Positions 54,771-64,000 of a stretch of DNA of 64,000 nucleotides are shown here, piece after piece. The notes under the pieces are model-generated. The model did no database searches. It had not been told where the DNA came from and was given only the letters and a program-made list of their open reading frames with translations. The position numbers were made by a program, and so were the translations under genes. The stretch lies in the sequence record OM456492.1; one strand, given 5' to 3'. Numbering within the stretch: the stretch's first letter is position 1; every line of letters begins with the position of its first letter.

Positions 54771-55289
54771 TTAACGCTTCAGATAGATAACGTTATGGTT
54801 TTCGTATTCCGCATCTACCCAGGAAAATTCCCAGTAGTGGCGAGGCCGATCAGCAATTTTCATGTCCAGTTCCAGGATACCATCTAAAGGTACCTGTCTG
54901 AGCACTTCTACGATGCTTTGCAGCTCGTTACGAGGACGGTCGTGGATTAACCCCAGATAACGCTCCAAACGCTCAGGCGTCGCTACAGTGCGAATATGTG
55001 TGCGTTTATCGTCATCGTGTAAGTAGAGGAAGTTTGGGGTGCGTGGGACGTACCAGTGCCAGGTACCGATGTACGGGCCAGGCTGATAATCAGACAGTTG
55101 TTTGATTGCATTCAATACCGACGAACAACGGAAATACCAGATGTCCCATTCATCACGAGGGAACAGTTCCGCGACTTTCACTTTCAGTGGGTCGATACTA
55201 ATATCCCCCGCAGCCAATACTTCTGGGGCAACGCCTGATTCTAAAACGTTACGTTCCCGTTTGGTGTACAGGTTCATGGTAATATTCAC
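54771..55289 (-). CDS. Hypothetical protein
   Basis: 172 aa, AGGAG RBS. Confidence 0.75.
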   Translation of the reverse strand: MNITMNLYTKRERNVLESGVAPEVLAAGDISIDPLKVKVAELFPRDEWDIWYFRCSSVLNAIKQLSDYQPGPYIGTWHWYVPRTPNFLYLHDDDKRTHIRTVATPERLERYLGLIHDRPRNELQSIVEVLRQVPLDGILELDMKIADRPRHYWEFSWVDAEYENHNVIYLKR

Positions 55290-55316
55290 TTAATGCTCCT
55301 TAGGATTTAAAATAGC

Positions 55317-55652
55317 TTATTGTTTAGCCCAGTATTCGGCCAACGTTTGGTCACCTTTACCGACGCGAGCATGAGTGCCCATTTTACGCAGGCGGTACAG
55401 TTCAAGGGACATGGTGTTAAGTTTGATAAGATTTACGTCCGTTGGGCTCTTAAGGCAATCGTCTAATACATTAACGAATTTATCCAGCGCCTCTTGCGGA
55501 ACTTTGCCTTCTGGGTAGTCGTACAGTGTTATCACTTTAAAGGTGTAACCGTCGATATTCGACAACTGTTTTACAGCTTCACTGATATCACGATTTATCA
55601 TTGGCGTCCTATTGAGACGCATTGGTCTGGCAACACGGATTACTCTACCCAT
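55317..55652 (-). CDS. Hypothetical protein (possible paralog of 55645..55977)
   Basis: 111 aa. Confidence 0.7.
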   Translation of the reverse strand: MGRVIRVARPMRLNRTPMINRDISEAVKQLSNIDGYTFKVITLYDYPEGKVPQEALDKFVNVLDDCLKSPTDVNLIKLNTMSLELYRLRKMGTHARVGKGDQTLAEYWAKQ

Positions 55653-55977
55653 TAACCACCCCCAAACCGTTTACAATGGATGTTGCGGGAGCATCCAGGT
55701 TATTCATCCATAACGACAGTTTGTTCATCTTCGCCGCGGTTTCAGGACTAGGGTTATTACGCAAGTCACTTAAAGCCATCGCATACTGGGTTGCCAGTAT
55801 TTGACTGCCGTAGAAAGCATTACGGCTTACAGGCAGCGCCTCGAAGCGTGCATCGAAATTGTTTGCTTGGTTAAGTTCTTTAACGGTGCTCAGAATGGCT
55901 TCCTGCATTCGAAGTTCACCGTCGCCTTCAAGGTCAGTTGCCTGACGCAATACCGCAATGTGATAGACTTTAGACAT
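55645..55977 (-). CDS. Hypothetical protein
   Basis: 110 aa, AGGAG RBS, downstream of promoter copy 4. Confidence 0.75.
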   Translation of the reverse strand: MSKVYHIAVLRQATDLEGDGELRMQEAILSTVKELNQANNFDARFEALPVSRNAFYGSQILATQYAMALSDLRNNPSPETAAKMNKLSLWMNNLDAPATSIVNGLGVVNG

Positions 55978-56033
55978 TTTAATTGCTCCTTAATACATGA
56001 CATAAGCTCTGATTGAAACGTAAATTTCAGAGG

Positions 56034-56056
56034 TTCACTGAGATAACATCTATCTG
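56034..56056 (-). promoter_or_regulatory. Putative promoter, variant class (copy 4)
   Basis: Minus strand CAGATAGATGTTATCTCAGTGAA, 20/23 identical to 4436-4458. Confidence 0.55.
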
Positions 56057-56100
56057 AAATAAAATAAAGCGTACCAGCCACCCCGAAGGATAGCTGGTAT
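56057..56100 (-). terminator. Possible terminator
   Basis: Imperfect TACCAGC...GCTGGTA stem plus U-rich tract after the 1005-aa gene. Confidence 0.5.
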
Positions 56101-56104
56101 ACAC

Positions 56105-59100
56105 TTAATTAGTTTCGAGCGGATCGTCTGGGATAGTAAACGTTATATCGAGTGAAGCTGTTGTGTGGTCGGGTATTGCCAAGTCACGATAAATATCATG
56201 TCCTGGGCCGTGTTCTTTATAGAGGAGATACAACCCGATTGCGCGCATCGCTTCTCCAGTATAAAACCCAAAAGCCTGACCGTTATCCGTGGTAGGATTT
56301 GCCCACGGAGACCAGGCACCGTTAATGGCTTTTCCTGGAATGTCGGTGACGGTGAAGTTGTCACCCATCTCCTTCATCCCCATGTCCATAATACGGCTCA
56401 ACCCTTCCACTGTACAGCCAGCCATTGCCGCATAAGCGCTGCCTGCTATCCAGAGCGCACACATATGTGCTGTGAAATCGTTCTCTACCCATACCGGTTT
56501 ATTTGGTGCCGTAGGGAATTCATTCGGAGTGTGGTTGTCAAAGCGGTCTAAGAACCCTACGAGCCACTTAGCCCAATTTTCAACGTACTCTACTAACTCT
56601 GGTGGAACCTCTTTTCCACGCACAACTAATTCGTACCAGCAACGCGCAGCGGCGTTATACGCGCGTGGCTGATAACCTGCCCACGGATGCCCATCGCCCC
56701 AATGGAACGTTGTCCACGTATCTGCCGGACCGTAAGAGTAGTTATCCCAACGGTTCCAAATATACGCCGCACAACCTGGACCTAACTCACCTAACTGCGC
56801 CTGGTAGTTGGTTTGTGAATCGTGCATAAACCGAATCTGATTTAAGAGCCAGACTTTGTAGCGATCATCGGTGTGTATGGCGTACATAAACGGATACTGA
56901 TAGCCAGGATACGGCATCCCGTGCCATGCACCTAGCTGATACGTTCCTTCCGAATAAATGTTCGAGAACGGTATCGTTCCTGGACAATACGCGAGCGAGT
57001 CAAGACGGTAATCTTTTATCGTACAATCGCCCACTTTACCCGTAAATGCAGAACCTCCCCGAATTACGATGCGAAACGTTAATGTCCAGCCATCGTCCGC
57101 ATTAAACAGTGGCGGAACATCGTTTACGCAATACCAGCTAAAGTGCGCATTCTCCACAGCCGAATCGGGCAGTATGGTTACCTGATCGATAGTTGTATAG
57201 TTTGGCGCAGCCGGTTTTGGTTCGACGTCGGTATCGTGGTCAGGTTGATAGCCCGAGAGTGTTGCGTCTTCAGGGCGAATAATAACCTGTTTCCATTCCC
57301 CGTTAGTCGCGGGCAGCATCCACCACCAACGCCACTTGTCGGTATCTTCGAAACGGAAGTTGAAATCAGCATCAGCACGATAGACAATTGACTGTGGGGG
57401 TGCAACTCCGGCATCGGTTAACCAGAAACCGATAATGAAACCCGCGTCGTCGTTCGGGAATAACGCTTCTACGATTGTGCCTGAACGTCCATCGTAAATG
57501 TTGTTCTCAAACTTCTCCTGCCAAGTACACCCACCGTAGTCCGAACATGCTCGCGCATCGGCAATGATGTAATCTTCGCCGTTGGCCGGATTAGTCATTC
57601 TGGCCAGATGCCCTAAACCGATGTCATGCTGTTCTACCTCCATCGATGTTGATCCCGGAAGCGTACAGCCGTACCAGTTTACTTCTTCAGTATCCGCTTT
57701 AACGGGGTTAATATCCACCATCACTTTACACGCAAGTGCATCGCCGTTGTCGCAAACACCGCCATACGTCACACGTAACTTCGATTGACTGTTTATCCTG
57801 AAACGCACGGCTTGCTGTTCCATAAAGTTCTGCACAGCTTCCTCAGAACGGAACACAATGTCACCATTTTCATCACGACTGTAAGCGACCTCAACGGTGC
57901 TGGGGTATTTATAGTCGTACGAGATACCATCTGTAAATGGTGTTTCGGCTAGCTTAGAACGTCGGAAAAACTTGTCCTTCGCATCGATATACGTGTATTC
58001 GTGCGCTGTATAGAACACCGAGTCTAGTGCGGTTTTATAGCGCGGTTCACCTGTGATACGCCAGAGTAGATAACAGGCATCAATAAACCACACTTCTGCA
58101 TCTGCCGCGTTACCCATCTGGTTAACAGACCCTTTTAACGGGGTATGAACCGGACGGTTGTGCCACGGCTCATTGCGGTCAAACAAATATCCGCCGTGCT
58201 CTACAGGTACCTGGGAAGCGTAGTTAATCAAATATACACCGTTAATACTGGTGTCCTTTAATTGTACGGTTCCTTTCTGGACATCAGGTAAACCGGATTC
58301 GATGACTTCGCCGTCTTGAACCTTCTCACCCGTCCACACAACAAACCAGTCAGGTTCGTACAGCGGACCTTTCGAGGTAGAACCACCCCATATTGGGGTA
58401 TATCCAGTTGGGTCGTTTAACATCCTGTTCCAGTCCACCCACGCTTTTACATCGTAAGGTTTCTCTGGATTGGTGATTAAGTAATCAGGGACTTTAGACC
58501 AGTCAATTAACCCGTTTTCCGATTCCTTAATTTTCTGTACGTCGGCATTAACCGCACCCCAGGTAGGATGGCCACGATGCGCAGAAAAGAAATTGTTCAG
58601 ATATTCACCAAAGAACGGTGCGCCTTGGGGTATCTGACAACGTCCGTTCGTAAACGTTACCGGCACGCATTTATAACCACCGTGGGTTGGCTCGGTCGGA
58701 TGCACCGGATAGTCTGCCAGCACCGGTTCTTTACCGTTAACTAGCCAGTTACAAATCCAACGTTGCGGTGAATCGGGAATGGCCTGACCTGCGTAATAGT
58801 AGGTAGCGTACGCTTCCCATGCATGAATCGCCGCATCTAACCACATCTGGTTTTTGGTAGCGATGTACATGTGACAGTAGCCAATAATCAGCAACGATTG
58901 ACCTTCTGTGGTGGCGTCACCGTTAGGTTGATACACTGCCATGGAGTCAGCAATGAAATGCCGGTTATTAGATAGCACCCCTTCTGGGTTAATCAGATAA
59001 TGGTCATTGTGGGCGTCGTTAGTTAAGCCGGTGTTTCGACGAACAAAGTCCTGATGTCCGTAAGCCAGCGACAGTGCGTAGTTCAACGCATGTCGTTTGG

Positions 59101-59122
59101 CAGAGATTTTAAATTTGCGCAT
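56105..59122 (-). CDS. Virion-associated glycoside hydrolase, GH8-like (alpha/alpha)6 fold with inserted beta domains
   Basis: ATTEGQSLL resembles GH8 (T/S)EGQ (catalytic Glu); NAADAEVWFIDACYLLWRITGEPRY resembles the GH8 A-x-D-x-D/E helix; aromatic-rich central inserts. Confidence 0.6.
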   Translation of the reverse strand: MRKFKISAKRHALNYALSLAYGHQDFVRRNTGLTNDAHNDHYLINPEGVLSNNRHFIADSMAVYQPNGDATTEGQSLLIIGYCHMYIATKNQMWLDAAIHAWEAYATYYYAGQAIPDSPQRWICNWLVNGKEPVLADYPVHPTEPTHGGYKCVPVTFTNGRCQIPQGAPFFGEYLNNFFSAHRGHPTWGAVNADVQKIKESENGLIDWSKVPDYLITNPEKPYDVKAWVDWNRMLNDPTGYTPIWGGSTSKGPLYEPDWFVVWTGEKVQDGEVIESGLPDVQKGTVQLKDTSINGVYLINYASQVPVEHGGYLFDRNEPWHNRPVHTPLKGSVNQMGNAADAEVWFIDACYLLWRITGEPRYKTALDSVFYTAHEYTYIDAKDKFFRRSKLAETPFTDGISYDYKYPSTVEVAYSRDENGDIVFRSEEAVQNFMEQQAVRFRINSQSKLRVTYGGVCDNGDALACKVMVDINPVKADTEEVNWYGCTLPGSTSMEVEQHDIGLGHLARMTNPANGEDYIIADARACSDYGGCTWQEKFENNIYDGRSGTIVEALFPNDDAGFIIGFWLTDAGVAPPQSIVYRADADFNFRFEDTDKWRWWWMLPATNGEWKQVIIRPEDATLSGYQPDHDTDVEPKPAAPNYTTIDQVTILPDSAVENAHFSWYCVNDVPPLFNADDGWTLTFRIVIRGGSAFTGKVGDCTIKDYRLDSLAYCPGTIPFSNIYSEGTYQLGAWHGMPYPGYQYPFMYAIHTDDRYKVWLLNQIRFMHDSQTNYQAQLGELGPGCAAYIWNRWDNYSYGPADTWTTFHWGDGHPWAGYQPRAYNAAARCWYELVVRGKEVPPELVEYVENWAKWLVGFLDRFDNHTPNEFPTAPNKPVWVENDFTAHMCALWIAGSAYAAMAGCTVEGLSRIMDMGMKEMGDNFTVTDIPGKAINGAWSPWANPTTDNGQAFGFYTGEAMRAIGLYLLYKEHGPGHDIYRDLAIPDHTTASLDITFTIPDDPLETN

Positions 59123-59125
59123 GGC

Positions 59126-59596
59126 TTAGTATCCTGTTCCGCAAATGGCCCCTTTCCAGGTTGTGCCGCCATCCGTAGATGACAACGACAGAACGTCTTC
59201 GGCGTCTAGCGTGTACGATAACGGGGGTTCTGCGCCATTAGGCCATTTAACCGACGCAGGCCAGGTAATTTTGTTTGCACCGGTGCCCTGTCGCAACGTC
59301 AGTAATAACTCGTAGCGTGTTCCTGGAACCGGGTCGGTAATAGGTGTGATGGAAAGCGCAGTGGTGGGGTCACCTAAACGGATAATGAAGTCGTCCGCAA
59401 TATTAGGATCTATTTCAACGACACCGCCAGCACCGGATAAGTTTTGGATAGGGTTTGCATCTGCCCCGCCGCCGATTTCACTGAGAGGAAGTTTGTACTC
59501 CTTTTCATCAACGCTGATAAGCGCTACTGCGCTCGACTTATCACCGTCGTAAGAATCGAGTTCATGCAAACGTTTCTTTTTGACTACAGTTGCCAT
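59126..59596 (-). CDS. Small tail-fibre-associated beta-sandwich protein
   Basis: LTLRQGTGANKITWPASVKWPNG..P......DVL...TDGGTTWKG pattern, common at the ends of phage tail proteins. Confidence 0.6.
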   Translation of the reverse strand: MATVVKKKRLHELDSYDGDKSSAVALISVDEKEYKLPLSEIGGGADANPIQNLSGAGGVVEIDPNIADDFIIRLGDPTTALSITPITDPVPGTRYELLLTLRQGTGANKITWPASVKWPNGAEPPLSYTLDAEDVLSLSSTDGGTTWKGAICGTGY

Positions 59597-60129
59597 TATG
59601 CATCGTCTCCGTAGGTTAACACTGCATCATCACCGATGCATAAAACAGTTTCTTCATCCAGACTTGCCACAGCTTCTTTTTCATTAAACGCCGTGAATGT
59701 AAAGGTAGCCGTCCAAGCCGGTGAATCGTCACTCATCGGTGCAATCAACGGCTCGTTTGTTGGTGTAATAACCCCAGTCGAGATGTCTTCACGTGACAAG
59801 TTTAAACCGCACAACTGGTTTACAACCGTCGCTAAATCAGCATAGGTGTCGCCGGGAGCTACAGTAACCAGTATCGGTCCTTGCGGGTCGATAATCTTAT
59901 TAGCGACTAGACGGTCGTAATAGACGGTAATCTTCTTACCGTTAGGTTTACGTGCTTTTGCAATGTACGCTTGCGAGGTACGGGCACTTTCAACGCCTAA
60001 GTCGATAGGTCCTACTCCGCTTATCACAATCTCGTCAGGCGATAATGTCAAGCCGTTATCGTGATTAATTAACGCCACGACAAGCGCTTTCGACGAGAGT
60101 GTTAGGTCGGGCTGATAGCGGTCTGCCAT
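59596..60129 (-). CDS. Virion structural protein of the paralogous tail family
   Basis: Start reassigned to MADRYQ (GGAGG RBS); LINHDN...VYYDRL domain. Confidence 0.75.
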   Translation of the reverse strand: MADRYQPDLTLSSKALVVALINHDNGLTLSPDEIVISGVGPIDLGVESARTSQAYIAKARKPNGKKITVYYDRLVANKIIDPQGPILVTVAPGDTYADLATVVNQLCGLNLSREDISTGVITPTNEPLIAPMSDDSPAWTATFTFTAFNEKEAVASLDEETVLCIGDDAVLTYGDDA

Positions 60130-60145
60130 TAACGCCTCCAGAAAC

Positions 60146-60186
60146 AAAAAAAAAATAAGCTACCACACATATGATCGTGTGGTAGC
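60146..60186 (-). terminator. Intrinsic terminator
   Basis: GCTACCACAC/GTGTGGTAGC stem plus long U tract. Confidence 0.8.
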
Positions 60187-60200
60187 CTACTCGTACGCTG

Positions 60201-60596
60201 TTAGTGCAATGTGGCGTTGTGTACAACAGTTAACCCGCGACGTTTGATCTCATCCGCGATGGATTGCAACAGCTTATCGTAACCCACCTTTACAAATTCA
60301 GGTAAGCCACGGTCAACCATCTCCATCTCGGTGATTTCTTCACGGAAAACTTGACAACAGCCTTCTAAATAACGTTTAGCTTCTGTCACGTCATCGACAT
60401 ACCGCGCATAACTCAGGGCGATCGCGTAACCTTCTGCAATAAACGCATACTTCATGAAGACTTCAGGGTCGAGTTCTTCAACTGCCACGTCTAGACGTGA
60501 AGCGGTCTGACGTACAGAGTTGCGTAATGATTCAGAAAACAGTGTAGTCGTAACCATATCCTGATTAGGAACGGTTTTAGGCATAATCAATTTCAC
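60201..60596 (-). CDS. Hypothetical protein
   Basis: 131-aa ORF. Confidence 0.7.
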   Translation of the reverse strand: MKLIMPKTVPNQDMVTTTLFSESLRNSVRQTASRLDVAVEELDPEVFMKYAFIAEGYAIALSYARYVDDVTEAKRYLEGCCQVFREEITEMEMVDRGLPEFVKVGYDKLLQSIADEIKRRGLTVVHNATLH

Positions 60597-60607
60597 GAGG
60601 ACTCTCC

Positions 60608-60991
60608 TTACGATAACTCGCCCATGTAAATTACTTCATAACCGAACCACTCACCAATTTCAATAAGGTAAGAAACTAACAAATGGCGATGACAGAATTT
60701 CCCCGATGGGCAATAACACATTAGCACGACCTCGCCCTGGCGGAGAATCTCTATCAACTTATCAGTGTCTTCATCAAACAACCGACTAAGTTTCTGCAGG
60801 TAGCGTTTGGTATACGCAGCTTCTGCGTCGGGGCCTTTGTCAGACTTCTTGTAGTCCATCAGAAAGTCCCAGTCGGGTGCCAAATATTTCAGCCCCGACT
60901 TAACTGTTATATCCAGCTTTGGCAAATTCCGTTTTTCAGCTATCCGCCACTTCGCCAGTTGGAGCGTCCACAGCTTTACTTGCTTTGGCAT
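60608..60991 (-). CDS. DUF488-like protein
   Basis: LAPDW...Y..RY...VVLMCYC....CHRHLL pattern. Confidence 0.7.
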   Translation of the reverse strand: MPKQVKLWTLQLAKWRIAEKRNLPKLDITVKSGLKYLAPDWDFLMDYKKSDKGPDAEAAYTKRYLQKLSRLFDEDTDKLIEILRQGEVVLMCYCPSGKFCHRHLLVSYLIEIGEWFGYEVIYMGELS

Positions 60992-61937
60992 TATTCGCTC
61001 TCTCTTTCTCCTGAAGCGCTTTAAAATGCGGTGCATATTCGCACCACTCTTCTGCTGTAAATGACGTGATAAACAGTCTTTCGGTATCTTCAGTTACCGT
61101 AAAGGTTGTGTGATTTCTTTTCGGGTCCTTAAAGTTAGCAAAAGTCGGTACGTCCAAACCCATAGCAGAAATAGCACCACCAAGAGCAGAGCACCATACC
61201 CGTCTGTAAGCATCGTTGATTTTAATCTCCCATCCCACAGACGGTGTAATACCAAGACTACGATAATTCTGCGACTTTGCCGACGGATGGGCGTAAACGA
61301 TGAGCATGTTATTCTCACGGTCTATCGCGAATTCGTAGTTGTTGTAGTTACTGACCTGCACCAATCTACGAATGTCTTCCGGCAACTCCTGCCACATTTC
61401 CAGTTTCTCTTTATCCCACGCAGGTGTTAGAAGCGGTGGAACGCGGCCGGCGTGATCTTGGAAATACATCAGTTCGCTATAAAGGTTCTTTAAGCGAGCG
61501 TACTCGTCTAATGTCCAATCTCCCAGCTCTAGACTATTCTCCAACGCATCTAGCTTATTCCAGCCAACAACTGCATAAGCGTGGTGCTGTTTGCGTGTAA
61601 TGTCGCACATCAGTTTAGCGAGGCCGTTAACAACATTGCCTTGCTGAACCAGAGGCGACCAGCCGTTAGCGTAGCCGGCGCTAACGACAGGCGGAAAGTT
61701 CTCTTCCCCGAGCACCGCCCATGTAACACGATCGGTTTGTGCGTGGTATCTGTCCATTAACCGTTCAACAATGGCCACACTACAAAGAATTTCCATGAAG
61801 TTCGCGTTACCTCCATTCCACATGGAGAAATATGCAGGACGGACATGTCGTGCTTCATTGGCCGGTGCTTTGCACAACAGCTGATACATTATCCAGGTGG
61901 AATCCAACCCTGCTGAAAACGAAACAAGCTTTGTCAT
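60936..61937 (-). CDS. PP-loop ATP pyrophosphatase (QueC-like N-terminus)
   Basis: VSFSAGLDST at the N-terminus (SGGLDS-type PP-loop); start reassigned using the ATGA overlap with the upstream stop. Confidence 0.65.
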   Translation of the reverse strand: MTKLVSFSAGLDSTWIMYQLLCKAPANEARHVRPAYFSMWNGGNANFMEILCSVAIVERLMDRYHAQTDRVTWAVLGEENFPPVVSAGYANGWSPLVQQGNVVNGLAKLMCDITRKQHHAYAVVGWNKLDALENSLELGDWTLDEYARLKNLYSELMYFQDHAGRVPPLLTPAWDKEKLEMWQELPEDIRRLVQVSNYNNYEFAIDRENNMLIVYAHPSAKSQNYRSLGITPSVGWEIKINDAYRRVWCSALGGAISAMGLDVPTFANFKDPKRNHTTFTVTEDTERLFITSFTAEEWCEYAPHFKALQEKERANNAKASKAVDAPTGEVADS

Positions 61938-62419
61938 TGTTTCACCGTATGTAGAAATTGATAACGTGGGGTTTCTTCTGCCACAACATCGAAAGATGGG
62001 ATGCAAACAATCTTCCCATATCCATCGAGTTCTATACGTGGAGAAATCGTGATGGTGCCTGCACGCATCACTTCAATCGCTAACGCTTTGAGTGGGCCGT
62101 GTGGTGTGAATTCACCGCGGAGTTGAAAGTAACCATCGACAACGCCATAGCAGACGTTCGATACATAACCGCAAACGCGTACGAGTTCAATACAACGTAT
62201 CCGATCAATGGCGGCCTTTACTTCCCCGAACGATTGACACGGTTTAATCACAGGCGCGTCGAATTCACAGAAAACGTGTCCGCGACGTAATGCTAACGAT
62301 ATCGTTTCGTCGGGACGGGCCGAGTCTTTAAATTCGTCGCACGGTATAGACAGTATCAGTCCACTCGCGGATGCCACGGTTTGTGCGGGTATTTCCTTAA
62401 CCTCGGTTTGTAGTTTCAT
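61934..62419 (-). CDS. Hypothetical protein
   Basis: 161-aa ORF. Confidence 0.7.
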   Translation of the reverse strand: MKLQTEVKEIPAQTVASASGLILSIPCDEFKDSARPDETISLALRRGHVFCEFDAPVIKPCQSFGEVKAAIDRIRCIELVRVCGYVSNVCYGVVDGYFQLRGEFTPHGPLKALAIEVMRAGTITISPRIELDGYGKIVCIPSFDVVAEETPRYQFLHTVKQ

Positions 62420-62509
62420 TTATTCACTCGATAATTAATGGGGTTAAAATCAAATCCATGTAACCTAGGGTCAATAGCGCCACTATCTCAATCGGCGTTA
62501 AATTCTCCA

Positions 62510-62719
62510 TTAATTTTCCTCTTTGAGTATCATGGCAACCGCTTTACGACACGCATCCACCGCATCAGGATAAGTGTCACTGTTCGGGTCCACACGGTCA
62601 ATGCACATCCTGAACGTGCTGGTTGCGGTCTCTCGACGTTCCGCAGTACGAGTGCTGGTACTGATTGCGATATAAATACAAAACAGCACCGCCGCGGCGA
62701 TAGGCCAACGTAAGTTCAT
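62510..62719 (-). CDS. Small membrane-anchored protein
   Basis: N-terminal hydrophobic helix; coupled to the upstream stop. Confidence 0.7.
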   Translation of the reverse strand: MNLRWPIAAAVLFCIYIAISTSTRTAERRETATSTFRMCIDRVDPNSDTYPDAVDACRKAVAMILKEEN

Positions 62720-63417
62720 CAGTAATCCCCCGTTGCCCCTATTGCAGTCGCTACTTTACTGACAACCTCGTCAACCGGAAGCACCACCTCGTCTTTCTTG
62801 CTCACAATCTCTGGTACTTCTTTGACATGTTCAACGGTCACGTCAAACTTCCGAGTATAACCGACAAGTAACTTTGCCATATCTGCACGACTAACGAACT
62901 GTTGTTCTTCCGACAGATGTAACGACGTATCAAGTAGTCCAGAATGCATGAAGTTTTCAATGAGCTGGTCTTCTTCCGCTTTGAAGTCGTACCGCTCGTT
63001 CGGTGCAGCCACAAATGCATAACCGAAATACTTCCCCTCTTCCTGTTCAGGGCGTAACGATTTAACTAACTCCTCAGCGTGTTCGCAGAAGTCCGCCAAA
63101 GTATAATCGTCAAGTGTGGCAACTGCGGTTTCTGTTACAATTTCACCGGTGTCGAGTTCAGTGAGGTGCATCACCCAAAGATGCCATGGTCGCGGTTGGT
63201 CGAACAGCCCACCGACTAACATATCTGTGGCGATGGCACGAATACGAGGACTTGCCGTAAAGTGAAAACCACGGCCCGCGTACGGCCCGAGGCGACGAAT
63301 CGAACTGCCGATAAACGTGATACGATTCAGAGCGTTTTCAGCGACGGTGTGTGCCGTACGTTCTGTGGCAACTTTCGGGTTATACTTTTTGTTACGGGGT
63401 TTCTTTTGCTTAGCCAT
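62719..63417 (-). CDS. Hypothetical protein
   Basis: 232 aa with basic N-terminus MAKQKKPRNKKYNPK. Confidence 0.75.
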   Translation of the reverse strand: MAKQKKPRNKKYNPKVATERTAHTVAENALNRITFIGSSIRRLGPYAGRGFHFTASPRIRAIATDMLVGGLFDQPRPWHLWVMHLTELDTGEIVTETAVATLDDYTLADFCEHAEELVKSLRPEQEEGKYFGYAFVAAPNERYDFKAEEDQLIENFMHSGLLDTSLHLSEEQQFVSRADMAKLLVGYTRKFDVTVEHVKEVPEIVSKKDEVVLPVDEVVSKVATAIGATGDY

Positions 63418-63887
63418 TAGTTAAAAACCTTTTTGCAAACTGTGTGGAATACTTTACGAACTTCACGAAGGGATTGTTCGGTGTGCAGATAACGATACGT
63501 TATCTTCCACGCGTTATACGTGTTTTTCAGGGTGATTTCGCTGAGGTCATAAACGAAATCATCATCAGGGTACATGAGTCTCGCCATGGATAAATCCCAC
63601 AATGGTGGAATATCCGCTTTCATTAACTCAGCAACTAGCTCATGCGCTTTGTGCTCAAAGCCAACACCAAGAACAAACACTACATGGAACTCCCCTGGCG
63701 AGTTCTTTTTAGAATATGGTCCGTGTCCATGACATGACCACATTGTCGTCGCGCCGGGGTAACGGCAAATAACTTCACACGCATCCCGTACCCCACGCTC
63801 AACCCAACCGTTTACGAGCGCTTCGGATGCCCGTAGTTTAAACCGATCCAAAACTTTCAGATCCACGCCACCGTATAAAACTGGCAT
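63417..63887 (-). CDS. Hypothetical protein
   Basis: 156 aa, AGGAG RBS. Confidence 0.75.
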   Translation of the reverse strand: MPVLYGGVDLKVLDRFKLRASEALVNGWVERGVRDACEVICRYPGATTMWSCHGHGPYSKKNSPGEFHVVFVLGVGFEHKAHELVAELMKADIPPLWDLSMARLMYPDDDFVYDLSEITLKNTYNAWKITYRYLHTEQSLREVRKVFHTVCKKVFN

Positions 63888-63915
63888 CTTTAATTCTCCT
63901 TAAGGGTGTCTTCAT

Positions 63916-64000
63916 TTAATGGTTGTGTTCTGTAAAAATTGCAAGTGCGAGCCAGTGCTCCATCACGCTTTCCATCACATCTGGGTCAGGCCGATAGTTG
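63916..64000 (-). CDS. C-terminal fragment of a gene entering from beyond the window
   Basis: Open frame ...NYRPDPDVMESVMEHWLALAIFTEHNH* from the window edge. Confidence 0.45.
   Translation of the reverse strand, partial: NYRPDPDVMESVMEHWLALAIFTEHNH

Noticed and set aside
1-64000. tRNA, rRNA, integrase, transposase, intron/intein or DGR reverse transcriptase
   Set aside because: None recognised by eye. In particular, no RT gene or adenine-specific TR/VR pair explains the paralog variation. tRNAscan-SE was not run.

Overview
This window is a gene-dense segment of a phiKZ-related (Chimalliviridae-like) jumbo myophage. It most resembles the Salmonella/Erwinia SPN3US-like group, which I infer from the TATATTAC early-promoter motif, TATG late-promoter motifs, the paralogous virion-protein arrays and an Enterobacterales-type DUF1471 gene. 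Layout: (i) leftward small non-structural genes at 1-4.8 kb, 51-56 kb and 60-64 kb; (ii) a central-spike gene; (iii) a rightward late operon of about 20 kb with four tail-fibre-like genes, followed directly by a RiPP-like cassette (three CxxxC-repeat Cys/Gly/Ser-rich peptides with conserved leaders, two radical SAM enzymes of which one has a SPASM domain, two unknown proteins and a DUF4376 tail-assembly-type protein); (iv) a leftward block with two peptidoglycan hydrolases (GH108 and M15), DUF1353 and unannotated small ORFs; (v) a leftward array of about 20 paralogous tail/baseplate proteins, including a three-gene cassette repeated three times, a truncated fourth copy, a homopolymer frameshift and a T-even gp38-like adhesin domain; (vi) a 1005-aa GH8-like glycosidase. 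The leading candidate for an undescribed system is radical-SAM post-translational modification of Cys-rich peptides inside the tail-fibre operon, with no exporter or protease. All family calls come from motif recognition by eye, and no searches were run.
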